Shown piece after piece: positions 41,555 through 52,185 of a DNA stretch of 64,000 bases. Made by a program: the position numbers and the translations under genes. Source of the stretch: Promethearchaeota archaeon (GTDB lineage: Archaea; Asgardarchaeota; Lokiarchaeia; Sigyniarchaeales; SOKP01); contig JBHLNF010000003.1 of assembly GCA_048937405.1 (NCBI GenBank), positions 192,001-256,000 of the forward strand. Reading direction: 5' to 3'. The notes beneath the pieces are model-generated. The model was given only the letters and a program-made list of their open reading frames with translations. It was not told the origin of the DNA and searched no databases. The first letter of the stretch is position 1. Every line of letters starts with the position of its first letter.

Positions 41555-43531
41555 TTGTCTGATAAACAGACCAATGATAATAATAGCGAAGTTCAGCAAA
41601 GAATAGGTGTGTTTGTTTGCCATTGAGGCGTCAATATCGCAGGAATTCTAGATATTCCTAAGATCGTCGAGGAAATAAATAAATTAGATAATGTTTGGGC
41701 CTATCCGTATTTATCATTATGTACTGAAGGTGGATCTAGTGAAATTAAAGAAAAACATGAAGAAGTTAAATTTAATAGGGTCTTAGTTGCAGCTTGTACC
41801 CCAAAAACTCATCAACCAGTTTTTCATGCAATATTAAAAGAGATGGGATTACCTCCAAGATATTTAGAATTCGTAAACATTCGAGAACATTGTTCATTCG
41901 TACACCAAGCTCCAGAAGTGCGTGAAAAGGCTACTCTAAAAGCCATTGAATTAATCAAAGCTGGTATCGCTAGAGCAAAATTATTGGAAGATGTACCTAC
42001 TAAAACTGTCCCAGTAGAACCAACAGCTCTAGTGGTAGGAGGAGGAATTTCAGGTTTATCTGCTGCTATTGATCTAGGTGATGCTGGGTACAAAGTCTAC
42101 TTAATTGAAAAAAATACAACCATAGGTGGTCGCATGTCTCAGCTTGACAGAACATTCCCGACAGATGATTGTTCTATATGAATTTTGGGACCAAGAATGC
42201 TTGAAGCTAATCGTCATCCAAACATTGAAATCTTATCTTTTAGTGAAGTAGATAAAATAGATGGATATATCGGAAATTTCCAAGTAAATGTCAGAAGAAA
42301 AGCTCGATTTGTTCTTGAAGATAAATGCACAGGTTGTGGTACATGTACAGATGTATGCCCCGTTTATATAAGTAATTATTTTGATGAACATCTATCAGCA
42401 AGAAAAGTTATTGATATTGCATTTGCTCAAGCTGTACCTGCAATATCACAACTCGAAAGAGACGCATGCATTGAATGTTTTGCCTGTGTTGATGCCTGTG
42501 AACAATCAGCTATAGATTTTAGCCAGCAAGATGAGATCGTTGAACTTAAAGTTGGTACGATAGTAGTAGCGACTGGTTGGGATCTTTACAAAGGAGATGA
42601 CTATGGTTATGGTACTTATGACAATATAATTAATCAAATAGAATTAGAGAGGATTCTTGCTCCAAATGGACCAACATATGGCCATTTGAAACGACCTTCT
42701 GATGGTAAACGTCCTTCAAAAGTGCTCTTCATTAATTGTGTTGGATCAAGAGATATCAATAAAAATGCTCATTGTAGTGTTATTTGTTGTAATCTCTCAC
42801 TAAAAAATTCTAAACTTATCAAATCAGAGTATCCAGATTCACAAATCGTTTGTTGTTATATAGATATGAGATGTGCTGGAAAAGATTATGAAGAATACTA
42901 TAGGAGATCTCGGGATGCAGGAATAATTTTTGTTAAAGGATTGGTTGGAAAAATTGAAGAAGATCCATTAACTAAAAACCTTATAGTACAGTTTGAGCCA
43001 GTTGGAACAGATTCTGTAGTTACTATGGAATTCCATATGGTAGTGTTGTCATCTGCTTCACTTCCATCTCAAGGTACAGTTGAAATTGCTAAAGTACTAA
43101 ATATGGAAAAAAGTCCTGATGGATTTTTAAAAGAATATCACGCTCGACTTGATCCAATTAGTACAAAAGTACCTGGAATATATATCTGTGGTTCTGCTCA
43201 AGGTCAGAAGGAAATTGATAAGGCAGTAAGTCAAGCGAGAGGAGCTGCATCTGTGGCAGGCATTCCAATGGGAAAAGGAGAATATACTATGGAATTAATT
43301 CGAGCTACTCCTTCGGATGAAAGATGCGCAAAATGTTATAAATGCATAGAAGCATGCCCATATACAGCGATTTCTGTAAATGAAGAAGGTAATATCGTTG
43401 TTAACCTAATAAACTGTCGAGGCTGTGGAACTTGTGCATCTTTATGTCCATCGAAAGCAATTGAGTTAACTTACTATAGAGATGATCAATATATGGCATT
43501 AGTAGATGAATTACTGCCTATAGAGGAATAG
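41555..43531 (+). CDS. hdrA: Heterodisulfide reductase subunit A, selenoprotein with two Sec (658 aa)
   Basis: One frame from TTG 41555 (SD GGTGA at 41545-41549). RIGVFVCH-TGA(41624-41626)-GVNIAG and DRTFPTDDCSI-TGA(42179-42181)-ILGP place both TGAs at conserved HdrA Cys positions. Joins the track ORFs at 41843 and 42185. Confidence 0.93.
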
Positions 43532-43544
43532 AGAGGTAAAGAAA

Positions 43545-44009
43545 ATGACAAAAGAAAATGATAATGAAATCAAAATTATTGTGTTTGCTTGCTGGAAATG
43601 AGGATACGGTTCAGCTGATATGGCAGGTACTATTCGAGCCCAATATCCAGACTCGATTAGAAATGTTTTAGTACCTTGCTCAGGACGTGTAGGACCAGAT
43701 TTAATTATGAGAGCATTTGGAAGAGGTGCCGATGGTGTAGTAATTAACGCTTGATATCCTGGTGAATGCGATTATGAGACTGGTAATTATCACGCATATC
43801 GACAAGTTGAATATATTAAAGAAATACTAGAAGTAATTGGAATGAGTCCAGATAGATTAAAGATAATCTACTGTACCGCTGCTGAAGGTCAGAAATTTCA
43901 AAATGAAGCAATAGAAATTGATAAAACAATACGTAAATTAGGAATAAATCCTCTTCGTACGAAAAGCACACCTAAAAAAGAAAAAACTAAAGCTAAAGCA
44001 AAAGCTTGA
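43545..44009 (+). CDS. mvhD: MvhD/VhuD [2Fe-2S] hydrogenase delta subunit, selenoprotein with two Sec (154 aa; absent from the ORF track)
   Basis: MTKENDNEIKIIVFACWK-TGA(43599-43601)-GYGSADMAG...VPCSGRV...GADGVVINA-TGA(43752-43754)-YPGECDYETGN...CTAAEG; ends at TGA 44007-44009. Confidence 0.93.
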
Positions 44010-44023
44010 GTTATTAAATGTGT

Positions 44024-44069
44024 TTACTGATGAGATTGAGTTAAAAAAATGAGAACTCAGTTGAGGTAA
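44024..44069 (+). promoter_or_regulatory. Eukaryote-like SECIS element in the 3' UTR
   Basis: TTAC-TG-ATGA-G-ATTGAGTT-AAAAAAATGAG-AACTCAGT-T-GA-G-GTAA gives helix I TTAC/GTAA, an AUGA...GA core, an 8-bp helix II and an A-rich apical loop. A possible outer pairing is ATGTGTT(44018-44024)/AACACAT(44084-44090). Confidence 0.8.
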
Positions 44070-44194
44070 TGGATGCACCATATAACACATAAAAAAGTTT
44101 AATTATATTTAATAAAAATTTTAAAAATTGAATCAAAAATTTGGGAAATTTAAGAAAAAATAATTGGTTAATTAATAGTTAGAGTTGGAAATAC

Positions 44195-45334
44195 ATGGAA
44201 ACCATGGCAGAATACTTAATAAAGATTGAAGATTTTTCTAAAATCTTAACAACTTTATTAAAAGAAAAAGCAGTGGATAAAATAATAGGGGCTGAATTGA
44301 GAGTTGATAAAAAATCTGGAACTATTGATAGATTTACTGTTCAACCAAAATTAGTAGAAAAAGAGGAAGATCTAAAAGATTTTCCACTGACTCCTTTAAT
44401 CGCATTTGGATACGCAAGAACGGACTCTGCTTCTAAATTTTTGCATAAATCAGTAGCGGGTGCTATGAAAGAAAAAGTTGGACTTATAGCACGACCATGT
44501 GATACTAGAGCATTAATTGAACTCGCAAAGCTAAAACAAGTAAATCTTGATAATCTTTTTATAATTGGTATCGAAGATCGAGGTATGCTTCCAAAAGCAG
44601 GAAGAGAAATGAGAGCGATTAAAGATGTTGATCCTACTAAGATAATAAAAGAAAAAGTCGGAGATAACGGTCTAATCGTAAAATTTGAAGATGGAAAATC
44701 AAAAGAACTTAATCTTACGGTTGCGGAGAATTGTTTGAGATGTTATCGTAAAATCCCTATAATCGCAGATTTGACGGTTAGTGATCTCGGTATTCCAATT
44801 GATTCAGATGAGATTATCTTGAAAGTTTATTCTGAAAAAGGTAGTAATATTTTAGATAAATCTGGTATTAAAACAAAAAAACTTCCAGATAAAGAGAAGA
44901 AGACTCATTTAGATAAATATAATGAAATTATTGCAAAAGCTAAAGAAAAAAGAGTAAAGGATTTGGAAGAATGGAAGAACTTATCACAAAAGGAAAAGAT
45001 AACAGAATTACTTAAATGTACGATGTGTAATACTTGTATAAGAGGATGTCCAGTGTGTTACTGTGTTGATTGTATCCTTATGAAAAAGAGAAAAGATAAA
45101 AATATTGACAAAGCAACTTATCAGTTAACACGAATCGCTCATGATGCGGATAGGTGTGTAGAATGTGGAAATTGTGATAACAACTGTCCTCAAAATTTAC
45201 CGTTATCCCTCTATTTCCAGTCATTAAATGACTCTTTTAAAGAAAAATTCGGTTATGAAGCAGGAATGTCTGTTGATGATATTCCATTTCGATCTGGTAA
45301 AGCAATTTCCCAGATGGAATTAGAGAAAACTTAA
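44195..45334 (+). CDS. FdhB/FrhB-like (F420 hydrogenase/dehydrogenase beta-type) subunit with a C-terminal 2x[4Fe-4S] domain
   Basis: GLIARPCDTRALIELAKLKQVNLDNLFIIG, NCLRC, CTMCNTCIRGCPVCYCVDC, CVECGNCDNNCP. Confidence 0.8.
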   Translation: METMAEYLIKIEDFSKILTTLLKEKAVDKIIGAELRVDKKSGTIDRFTVQPKLVEKEEDLKDFPLTPLIAFGYARTDSASKFLHKSVAGAMKEKVGLIARPCDTRALIELAKLKQVNLDNLFIIGIEDRGMLPKAGREMRAIKDVDPTKIIKEKVGDNGLIVKFEDGKSKELNLTVAENCLRCYRKIPIIADLTVSDLGIPIDSDEIILKVYSEKGSNILDKSGIKTKKLPDKEKKTHLDKYNEIIAKAKEKRVKDLEEWKNLSQKEKITELLKCTMCNTCIRGCPVCYCVDCILMKKRKDKNIDKATYQLTRIAHDADRCVECGNCDNNCPQNLPLSLYFQSLNDSFKEKFGYEAGMSVDDIPFRSGKAISQMELEKT

Positions 45335-45467
45335 ACTATATTTTTTTAATTCTTTATTTTATTGTTTTATTAAAATAATAAAGATCTTTTTTAGAGAATT
45401 TTCTTCTTTTTTGTAAAAAAATAGGTATAAATATTGATATTTTTTTATCGTATTTAAAAAAATTTAT

Positions 45468-46361
45468 GTGAAATTTATGTTATTACAAAATATAGATGCC
45501 GAAATGGTATTTAATCTTCTAGTAGCTCCAGTACTCGCATGTAGTTTGCTTTTTGTTGCTTATTTGATACTACGAAAAAAAGGAAGAGGGATAAATTCCG
45601 CAGAGTTTAAGGTTATCTTCATGTTTCTTACAGCAATAGCGGTAATGGTAACCATTACAATATTAGTAAATGCAGTGTTTGAATATGGTGGTCTCCCTTT
45701 AATTTTTGGTTTTATCATAGGAATCGGTTATATGTTATTTGGTTTATTTTACATCGGTAGGACGATTTATAGAGCAAATAATAAGATAAATAATTTATTA
45801 GAGAATGTAATCAAATCAAGCTCAGAAGTAGCTATCAATGTGGCTAACATTGCAGCAGAATTAGCGGCAAATGCTAGTGAGATAAATGCGTCATCCGAAG
45901 AGATCGCATCCTCTACAGCTGAAACAACAAGCCTTACAGAAGGAATTATGAGAGCTTCAAGTGAAATAAATAATGTTAATGAACTAATTACAAACATAGC
46001 TGATCAAACAAATTTATTGGCGTTAAATGCCAGTATTGAAGCAGGTAGAGCTGGTGAACATGGGAGAGGGTTTGCGGTCGTAGCAGATGAAGTTCGAAAA
46101 CTTGCAGAAGAATCAAAAAGAGCGGTGAGTAATACTGGCAGTAAGATTACAGATATAATAAAAAATATACAGCTTTCTTTTAATAATATGGAAGGAATAA
46201 GTTCGGCATCGGAACAACAAAGTGCTTCTATGGAAGAGATCACAGCAACTGCAAACAAATTAGGTATATTGGCAGAAGATTTAAAGGATACTCTGAAAGT
46301 ATCAGATGAACCGACTAAGCAAAAAAAGAAAATCACCTTAAAAGCAATAAGGAAACATTAA
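45468..46361 (+). CDS. Methyl-accepting chemotaxis-like protein 1 (3 TM + short MCP signalling hairpin)
   Basis: [40 protein letters not shown] and three N-terminal hydrophobic helices. Start may be the ATG at 45477. Confidence 0.9.
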   Translation: MKFMLLQNIDAEMVFNLLVAPVLACSLLFVAYLILRKKGRGINSAEFKVIFMFLTAIAVMVTITILVNAVFEYGGLPLIFGFIIGIGYMLFGLFYIGRTIYRANNKINNLLENVIKSSSEVAINVANIAAELAANASEINASSEEIASSTAETTSLTEGIMRASSEINNVNELITNIADQTNLLALNASIEAGRAGEHGRGFAVVADEVRKLAEESKRAVSNTGSKITDIIKNIQLSFNNMEGISSASEQQSASMEEITATANKLGILAEDLKDTLKVSDEPTKQKKKITLKAIRKH

Positions 46362-46672
46362 AATCAGTCAGGTAAAAAATCTGCCAAGAAGTTCAAATAG
46401 AATATTTTATTTTCTATATATTTATTTTTTTTATAGGTATGAACTAAGAAAACTAATTTTTTTAGGGAATAATATTTCAATTAAAGATTTTGATGATGAT
46501 TTGACTATAGCATCCTTCACGATGTAATTTGTTTCATTACATGTTCTATCTCCTAATATTAGTTTTAGAAAAAACGTACCGGGAATCATGAGATCAGTAA
46601 TATCAGGATTCGGATATTCTTTTTCACTTTTAATTTTCTCAATTTTTCCGTTGATAAATTCCAGTGCAATTG
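45804..46672 (+). repeat. Copy 1 of an ~870-bp direct repeat (MCP signalling half, 3' UTR and 3' end of the GNAT gene)
   Basis: Aligns with 47375-48243 at a constant offset of 1571 with only scattered substitutions. Confidence 0.9.
46431..46672 (-). pseudogene. 3'-terminal fragment of the Eis-like GNAT gene (copy of 48002-48243)
   Basis: Near-identical to the last ~80 codons of 48002-49273, with no start region. Confidence 0.85.
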
Positions 46673-46853
46673 GTGTATAGAATGCGGAAATTGCGATAAG
46701 AATTGTCCGTAAAATTTACCATTATCTCTTTATTTCCATTCATTAAATGACTCTTTTAAAGAAAATTTCAGTTATAAAGCAGGGATGTCTATTGATGATA
46801 TTCCATTTCGATTTGGAAAACCCATCGCAAAAATGGAATTAGAGAAAACTTAA
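46672..46853 (+). pseudogene. 3'-terminal fragment of the FdhB/FrhB-like gene (diverged copy of 45153-45334)
   Basis: 182 bp colinear with the intact gene end. Reads CIECGNCDKNCP*NLPLSLYF...MELEKT*, with a premature TAA at 46710-46712. Hand count gives 25 mismatches in 182. Confidence 0.85.
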
Positions 46854-47035
46854 TTTTTATTCTATTAAATTACATATTCTTATTATGATTATGTGAAAAA
46901 AGTGCAAAATTTATGTTCAATAGTACAAACAATGGTAGAAATATAAAGTTATTTATACAAAAATTTTCTTCAGTTAATAAAATATATTTATTATATTAAG
47001 ATCAAAAAAGAACTACAGAAAGTGATGGTAGGTTT

Positions 47036-47932
47036 ATGTTATTACAAGAAATACTTCTTTCCCGAGACCAAGAAATAATACTGTCCGAAATAATACAAAC
47101 CATAGTTATTTTATCGTTGATGATAGTTGCTTCACTTCTAATACTAAAAAGAATAAGAAAAGGAATAAAATCTCCTGAATTTAAGGTTGCTTTTATGTTT
47201 CTTTCATCGATTATGGTAATGATAGTGATGGTAAAACTTATAGACTTTTTTGAAAAGACTGCTATAGCTCAAGCTTTTGGTTATGTCTTTGGAATTAGTT
47301 ATATGATAGGGTGCCTATACTTAATTATTAAAAGTACTATTAAAGCAAATAGTAAAGTGGATGATTTATCAGATAATGTGATCAAATCAAGCTCAGAAGT
47401 AGCTATCAATGTGGCTAACATTGCAGCAGAATTAGCGGCAAATGCTAGTGAGGTAAATGCGGCATCCGAAGAGATCGCATCCTCTACAGCTGAAACAACA
47501 AGCCTTACAGAAGGAATTATGAGAGCTTCAAGTGAAATAAATAATGTTAATGAACTAATTACAAACATAGCTGATCAAACAAATTTATTGGCGTTAAATG
47601 CCAGTATTGAAGCAGGTAGAGCTGGTGAACATGGGAGAGGGTTTGCGGTCGTAGCAGATGAAGTTCGAAAACTTGCAGAAGAATCAAAAAGAGCGGTGAG
47701 TAATACGGGCAGTAAGATTACAGATATAATAAAAAATATACAACTCTCTTTTAATAATATGGAAGGAATAAGTTCTGCTGCCGAACAGCAAAGTGCTTCT
47801 ATGGAAGAGATTACAGCAACTGCAAACAAATTAGGTACACTGGCAGAAGATTTAAAGGATACTCTGAAAGTAGCAGATGAACCGACTAAGCAAAAAAAGA
47901 AAATCACCTTAAAAGCAATAAGGAAATATTAA
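47036..47932 (+). CDS. Methyl-accepting chemotaxis-like protein 2
   Basis: Same MCP signature as protein 1, with a divergent 3-TM N-terminus. Confidence 0.9.
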   Translation: MLLQEILLSRDQEIILSEIIQTIVILSLMIVASLLILKRIRKGIKSPEFKVAFMFLSSIMVMIVMVKLIDFFEKTAIAQAFGYVFGISYMIGCLYLIIKSTIKANSKVDDLSDNVIKSSSEVAINVANIAAELAANASEVNAASEEIASSTAETTSLTEGIMRASSEINNVNELITNIADQTNLLALNASIEAGRAGEHGRGFAVVADEVRKLAEESKRAVSNTGSKITDIIKNIQLSFNNMEGISSAAEQQSASMEEITATANKLGTLAEDLKDTLKVADEPTKQKKKITLKAIRKY

Positions 47933-48243
47933 AATCAGTCAGATAAAAAATCTGCCAAGAAGTTCAAATAGAATATTTTATTTTCTATATATTTATTTTT
48001 TTTATAGGTATGAACTAAGAAAACTAATTTTTTTAGGGAATAATATTTCAATTAAAGATTTTGATGATGATTTGATTATAGCATCCTTCACGATGTAATT
48101 TGTTTCATTAAATGTTCTATCTCCTAATATTAGTTTTAGAAAAAATGTACCGGGAATCATGAGATCAGTAATATCAGGATTCGGATGTTCTTTTTCACTT
48201 TTAATTTTCTGGATTTTTCCATTGACAAAATCTAGTATGATTG
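47375..48243 (+). repeat. Copy 2 of the ~870-bp direct repeat
   Basis: Matches 45804-46672. Confidence 0.9.
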
Positions 48244-49273
48244 TTTTATGATAATTGGAAAATCTCATAGTTTTGGTTAAACCTTTAAATTCAGAATGTT
48301 GTACTCTCTTTTCAATTATTTCCTTAATTAGGTTAAAAAATGCTTCTAAATTGGGGATTTTTGCCTGCCATCCATAAGTCGAAATATGTATTCCTCCTAA
48401 ATTTTTAATGAAACGATACAACGACGAGTGTTCACTTATACTTAGAGTGATGATATCATCATTAGTATAGTTTCCCATAGTTTTAATAAATTGAAGTAAA
48501 CTTATCATTTCATCTTTAGTTAAATCTGGACAAATAATTTCATAACATTGATCATCATAACTCATTCCTAAGGAAAAGTAATTACTAGCTGCGTCAGATT
48601 CTTCAAAAATATATGTAGAACGTATTTCTGAGTTAAATATGTCTTTTAAATACATAAACTTAAAACATTCTGAATCAAATTTGTTAAATATATAAAAATT
48701 CTCATAAAATTGATTATATTTTCTTTTAATAAAAGGAATATCGCTTTTTTTTGCTTTTCTAAAGTTGATGTTTTTATAGTTTTTATTTGGAATTTTTGAA
48801 ACGGGAATAGCTATTCTCTCATCGAGAGATGAAACATATTCATATCCTAATTTACGATAAAAATATGGTATCCCTTTTATAACTGAAAGAATATAGTTAT
48901 TTTGAGCCATTATATTTTCATAGAGATTGTTTAATTTTTTTATAAAACCTTTTCCTCTATATTCTTGGAGGGTTCCAACAAATTCCATTTCACATACAGG
49001 TAATGTGGTTCCTCCAATTTGCCATTCTAAAGGAGAAAGACATAATGATGAAACTATTTTGTTTTCTCTATCATCTTTAATAAACAGCCATAAAATCTCA
49101 CTTTTTCTTGGATGCTCTAAAAATATGGAAGGAATATAGGTTCTTAATATCTCATTTTGATGAACTTTCATATTGAAATTAACTATAGCTTTTAATTCTT
49201 CTTCACTATCAGTAGCAATGTGAATGCTGAAGTGATCGTCAACTTTTACACTATAACCTTTTTGAAGTTGCAT
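48002..49273 (-). CDS. Eis-like multi-domain GNAT acetyltransferase
   Basis: EMEFVGTLQEYRGKG, IKGIPYFYRKLGYEY, and an SCP2-like C-terminal region. Confidence 0.8.
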   Translation of the reverse strand: MQLQKGYSVKVDDHFSIHIATDSEEELKAIVNFNMKVHQNEILRTYIPSIFLEHPRKSEILWLFIKDDRENKIVSSLCLSPLEWQIGGTTLPVCEMEFVGTLQEYRGKGFIKKLNNLYENIMAQNNYILSVIKGIPYFYRKLGYEYVSSLDERIAIPVSKIPNKNYKNINFRKAKKSDIPFIKRKYNQFYENFYIFNKFDSECFKFMYLKDIFNSEIRSTYIFEESDAASNYFSLGMSYDDQCYEIICPDLTKDEMISLLQFIKTMGNYTNDDIITLSISEHSSLYRFIKNLGGIHISTYGWQAKIPNLEAFFNLIKEIIEKRVQHSEFKGLTKTMRFSNYHKTIILDFVNGKIQKIKSEKEHPNPDITDLMIPGTFFLKLILGDRTFNETNYIVKDAIIKSSSKSLIEILFPKKISFLSSYL

Positions 49274-49361
49274 AAAATTAAAAGTATATAGCTCAATTTC
49301 AATTTTTTGAAAATATAGGATTGATTTATAGTGAAAAAGGAAAATTATCTATTATACTGGA

Positions 49362-50348
49362 TTATTTTTGGAATTCTTTTGGAATTTGAATAGAAAATTT
49401 ACAGAGTAATCCTCCTGTAAGAGCTGTTTCGATTGGTTCTACCTCTGTTGGTTGATCAAAAATTACATCCCAGTATTTCTTAGTGTATCCAGCACTACAA
49501 TAGCAGAAATCAGAGAAAAGCTCCTTATCTGTTCCATTTTTGATCGCACCTCGAATCCAAGGACAGTAACAACTATAAAAACCTTTCATTTTTTCATCTT
49601 TTGCTTGTAAATGTTTTTTTATTTGATAAGGCATTTTAGTTTCAATAATTTTATCTTCTTCTCTAATTCCTGGATTAATTGAGGGTGTATTTTTTACAAA
49701 TTCTACTACTTCATCATCGATATATTGTGCAAATTCTAGAGTTCCCTCCTGTTGATGTTTTAGTAGTTGTTCAATTAACTCTTGCTTCTTTATTTTTAAA
49801 AATTCATCGATATCATTTATTCTTAAGAAATCCTCTCTATCTTTTTTAGGATCCCCCGGTCGCCCATGCAAGCATGGTTTTAATAATTCTATAGTCTTTT
49901 TTTTGCCAATTTTTTCTTTCAATCTTTCTAAAACTATTTTAGTAAATTCTGGCTTTTTTTCAGGATGAGTTCCTAACGGAGGAATTTTAAGATCTTTAAA
50001 TACTTCATTTTTTATTTGTTCACCGTGTTCTTTAGCAACCCTTTGATAAAGATTATCCATGGCGTTATAAGATTCTGAAATATCGATAATTTCAGTTATA
50101 TAGTCATATTTTTTCGTAAAAGTAGCATAATTGATTAAAGACCTTAAAAAATCTAATATGATTTCACTCTTACGTTCTACTAAAAAATCAGCATATTTAA
50201 TAATTTCTCCCATAGGAAATGAATCAAGATCATTCTTATTATTTTTTAGGTAATCATTAAATTCATTTAATCTTTTAATGTAAATATCTGCTTGTTCCTG
50301 AGGAATATTTTTTGTTGATAGATATTCCAAAAATGCTTTTTCTTTCAA
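49362..50348 (-). CDS. Uncharacterised Cys-containing protein (DUF6144/V4R-like C-terminus)
   Basis: CYCPW...FCYCSAGY.K..WD.IF..P.EVE..ETAL.G...CKF.I pattern. Confidence 0.55.
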   Translation of the reverse strand: MKEKAFLEYLSTKNIPQEQADIYIKRLNEFNDYLKNNKNDLDSFPMGEIIKYADFLVERKSEIILDFLRSLINYATFTKKYDYITEIIDISESYNAMDNLYQRVAKEHGEQIKNEVFKDLKIPPLGTHPEKKPEFTKIVLERLKEKIGKKKTIELLKPCLHGRPGDPKKDREDFLRINDIDEFLKIKKQELIEQLLKHQQEGTLEFAQYIDDEVVEFVKNTPSINPGIREEDKIIETKMPYQIKKHLQAKDEKMKGFYSCYCPWIRGAIKNGTDKELFSDFCYCSAGYTKKYWDVIFDQPTEVEPIETALTGGLLCKFSIQIPKEFQK

Positions 50349-50599
50349 AACTGATCCCCATTTAATTTATATTCTCTTATATGTAATTCAAGATCTAAAA
50401 TTACTAAAATATATATGTATATTTATACATTTATTTAGCCTTGAACTATATTTAATTTAACATAAATATATAAATACATTTTTATTTGTATCATTTAGAA
50501 AATTTAGTACCATAACCTTTTTGATTTCAAGGACTTTCAAAATATAATTTTGAAAATTGATATATAATTAAAAATAAATCAATTAAAAAAAAATTTAAG

Positions 50600-51505
50600 A
50601 TGATTTTTATGTTTCTACAGGGATTTAGTGTTGAAGAAATTTCTTATCTTTTGTTTCCTGCGATAATTTTTTTTGTTTTGACGATTGGTTTTTATTTCTT
50701 CATCAAAAGAAGGGGAAAGGGGATAAAATCTAAAGAATTCAAAATTATCATCATGTTCTTTAGTTCGGTTATGATTATGGTCTATATGACAGTAATTGGA
50801 TTATTATGGTTTGCTGATAATGTGACAGTTCAATTAGTTGTCCAAATTATTGGAATTGGTTCTATAACAGCAGTTGCATTTATTATTATTAGAATTATTT
50901 ACAACACGGATACTAAATTGGACAATTTAGTGAATAATGTAATCAAATCAAGCTCAGAAGTAGCCATCAATGTAGCAAATATTGCAGCAGAATTAGCAGC
51001 AAATGCTAGTGAGGTAAATGCGGCATCCGAAGAGATTGCATCCTCTACAGCTGAAACAACAAGCCTTACAGAAGGAATTATGAGAGCTTCAAGTGAAATA
51101 AATAATGTTAATGAACTAATTACAAACATAGCTGATCAAACAAATTTATTGGCGTTAAATGCCAGTATTGAAGCAGGTAGAGCTGGTGAACATGGGAGAG
51201 GGTTTGCGGTCGTAGCAGATGAAGTTCGAAAACTTGCAGAAGAATCAAAAAGAGCGGTGAGTAATACGGGCAGTAAGATTACAGATATAATAAAAAATAT
51301 ACAACTCTCTTTTAATAATATGGAAGGAATTAGTTCTGCTGCCGAACAGCAAAGTGCTTCTATGGAAGAGATTACTGCAACTGCAAACAAATTAGGTACA
51401 CTGGCAGAAGGTTTGAAGGATTCTTTGAAAGCAGCAGAAGAATCACCAAAAAAAAAAAAGGCGACAAATATATTATCAAAAATTAAATCATCTAAAGAAT
51501 ATTAA
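50600..51505 (+). CDS. Methyl-accepting chemotaxis-like protein 3
   Basis: Same MCP signature, with a third distinct 3-TM N-terminus and a different C-terminal tail. Confidence 0.9.
   Translation: MIFMFLQGFSVEEISYLLFPAIIFFVLTIGFYFFIKRRGKGIKSKEFKIIIMFFSSVMIMVYMTVIGLLWFADNVTVQLVVQIIGIGSITAVAFIIIRIIYNTDTKLDNLVNNVIKSSSEVAINVANIAAELAANASEVNAASEEIASSTAETTSLTEGIMRASSEINNVNELITNIADQTNLLALNASIEAGRAGEHGRGFAVVADEVRKLAEESKRAVSNTGSKITDIIKNIQLSFNNMEGISSAAEQQSASMEEITATANKLGTLAEGLKDSLKAAEESPKKKKATNILSKIKSSKEY
50936..51420 (+). repeat. Third near-identical copy of the MCP signalling-domain DNA
   Basis: Matches the segments starting at 45804 and 47375 for about 485 bp; similarity ends at the domain boundary. 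Confidence 0.9.
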
Positions 51506-51587
51506 ATAAAAATAAAGAGAAATAAAAAATCAGAATTAATTCATAAAGGATGAGCGAAAAATAATAAAAGAAATCTTTATCCTTTTA

Positions 51588-52007
51588 TCATTTTTTATTT
51601 AGTCTTATTATAAAAGTATAACCTTTATTTCTTTCCTCAGATTCTACAATTTTTTGCCTACCGTATAAATCTACAATTTCTTTTGAGAGATATAACCCTA
51701 ATCCATATCTTTCAATATCTACCCCCAAATCCAATCTATATCTCTCAATTTTTCCAAACTTTTCAAATAATTTTTCTTTTTCTTTCTTAGTTATTCCCAC
51801 TCCAGTATCTTTTACCCAGATATCAATATTTTCAGGATTTTCGATAAGATTAACTAAAATTTCACCTCCTTTTGGAGTGTTCTTCATTGTATTTGAAATA
51901 ATATTTGAAATCATCTGTCTGAAACTAATTTTATCTATCTCTATATAGATTTCACTTGTCATATCAAATTTCAATTTTAACTTACAATTAGCTGCTAAGT
52001 AGTTCAT
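51588..52007 (-). pseudogene. Degenerate histidine-kinase HATPase_c fragment
   Basis: N box QMISNIISNTMKNTP, G1 VKDTGVGI, F box LFEKF, and an altered G2 RYGLGL. No HisKA or sensor domain. Confidence 0.7.
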
Positions 52008-52185
52008 ATCTTTAGCACAATTAAATAAAAGCTTAAGACAAAATTAATTATACCTATTTTTTGATTTCAAATTACTAAATATTAGATCCTTAACCAAAAA
52101 ATCAATTTCATTAGAGGATTAAATTTTAATAAAAAAAAGAATGTAAGAAAATTAGTTAAGTAGGAAAAAAAAAATTATAAAAATC

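Noticed and set aside
41555-44009. hdrA and mvhD as nonsense-mutated pseudogenes
   Set aside because: All four interruptions are TGA, in frame and at conserved Cys ligand positions, and a SECIS-like hairpin follows.
45767-51390. Repeated minus-strand ORFs (45767, 46004, 47299, 47575, 50899, 51136) as a gene family
   Set aside because: They are antisense shadows of the near-identical MCP DNA.
45804-51420. MCP repeats as a diversity-generating retroelement or IS-driven repeat
   Set aside because: There is no reverse transcriptase, transposase or terminal inverted repeat in the window, and the differences are not obviously adenine-specific.
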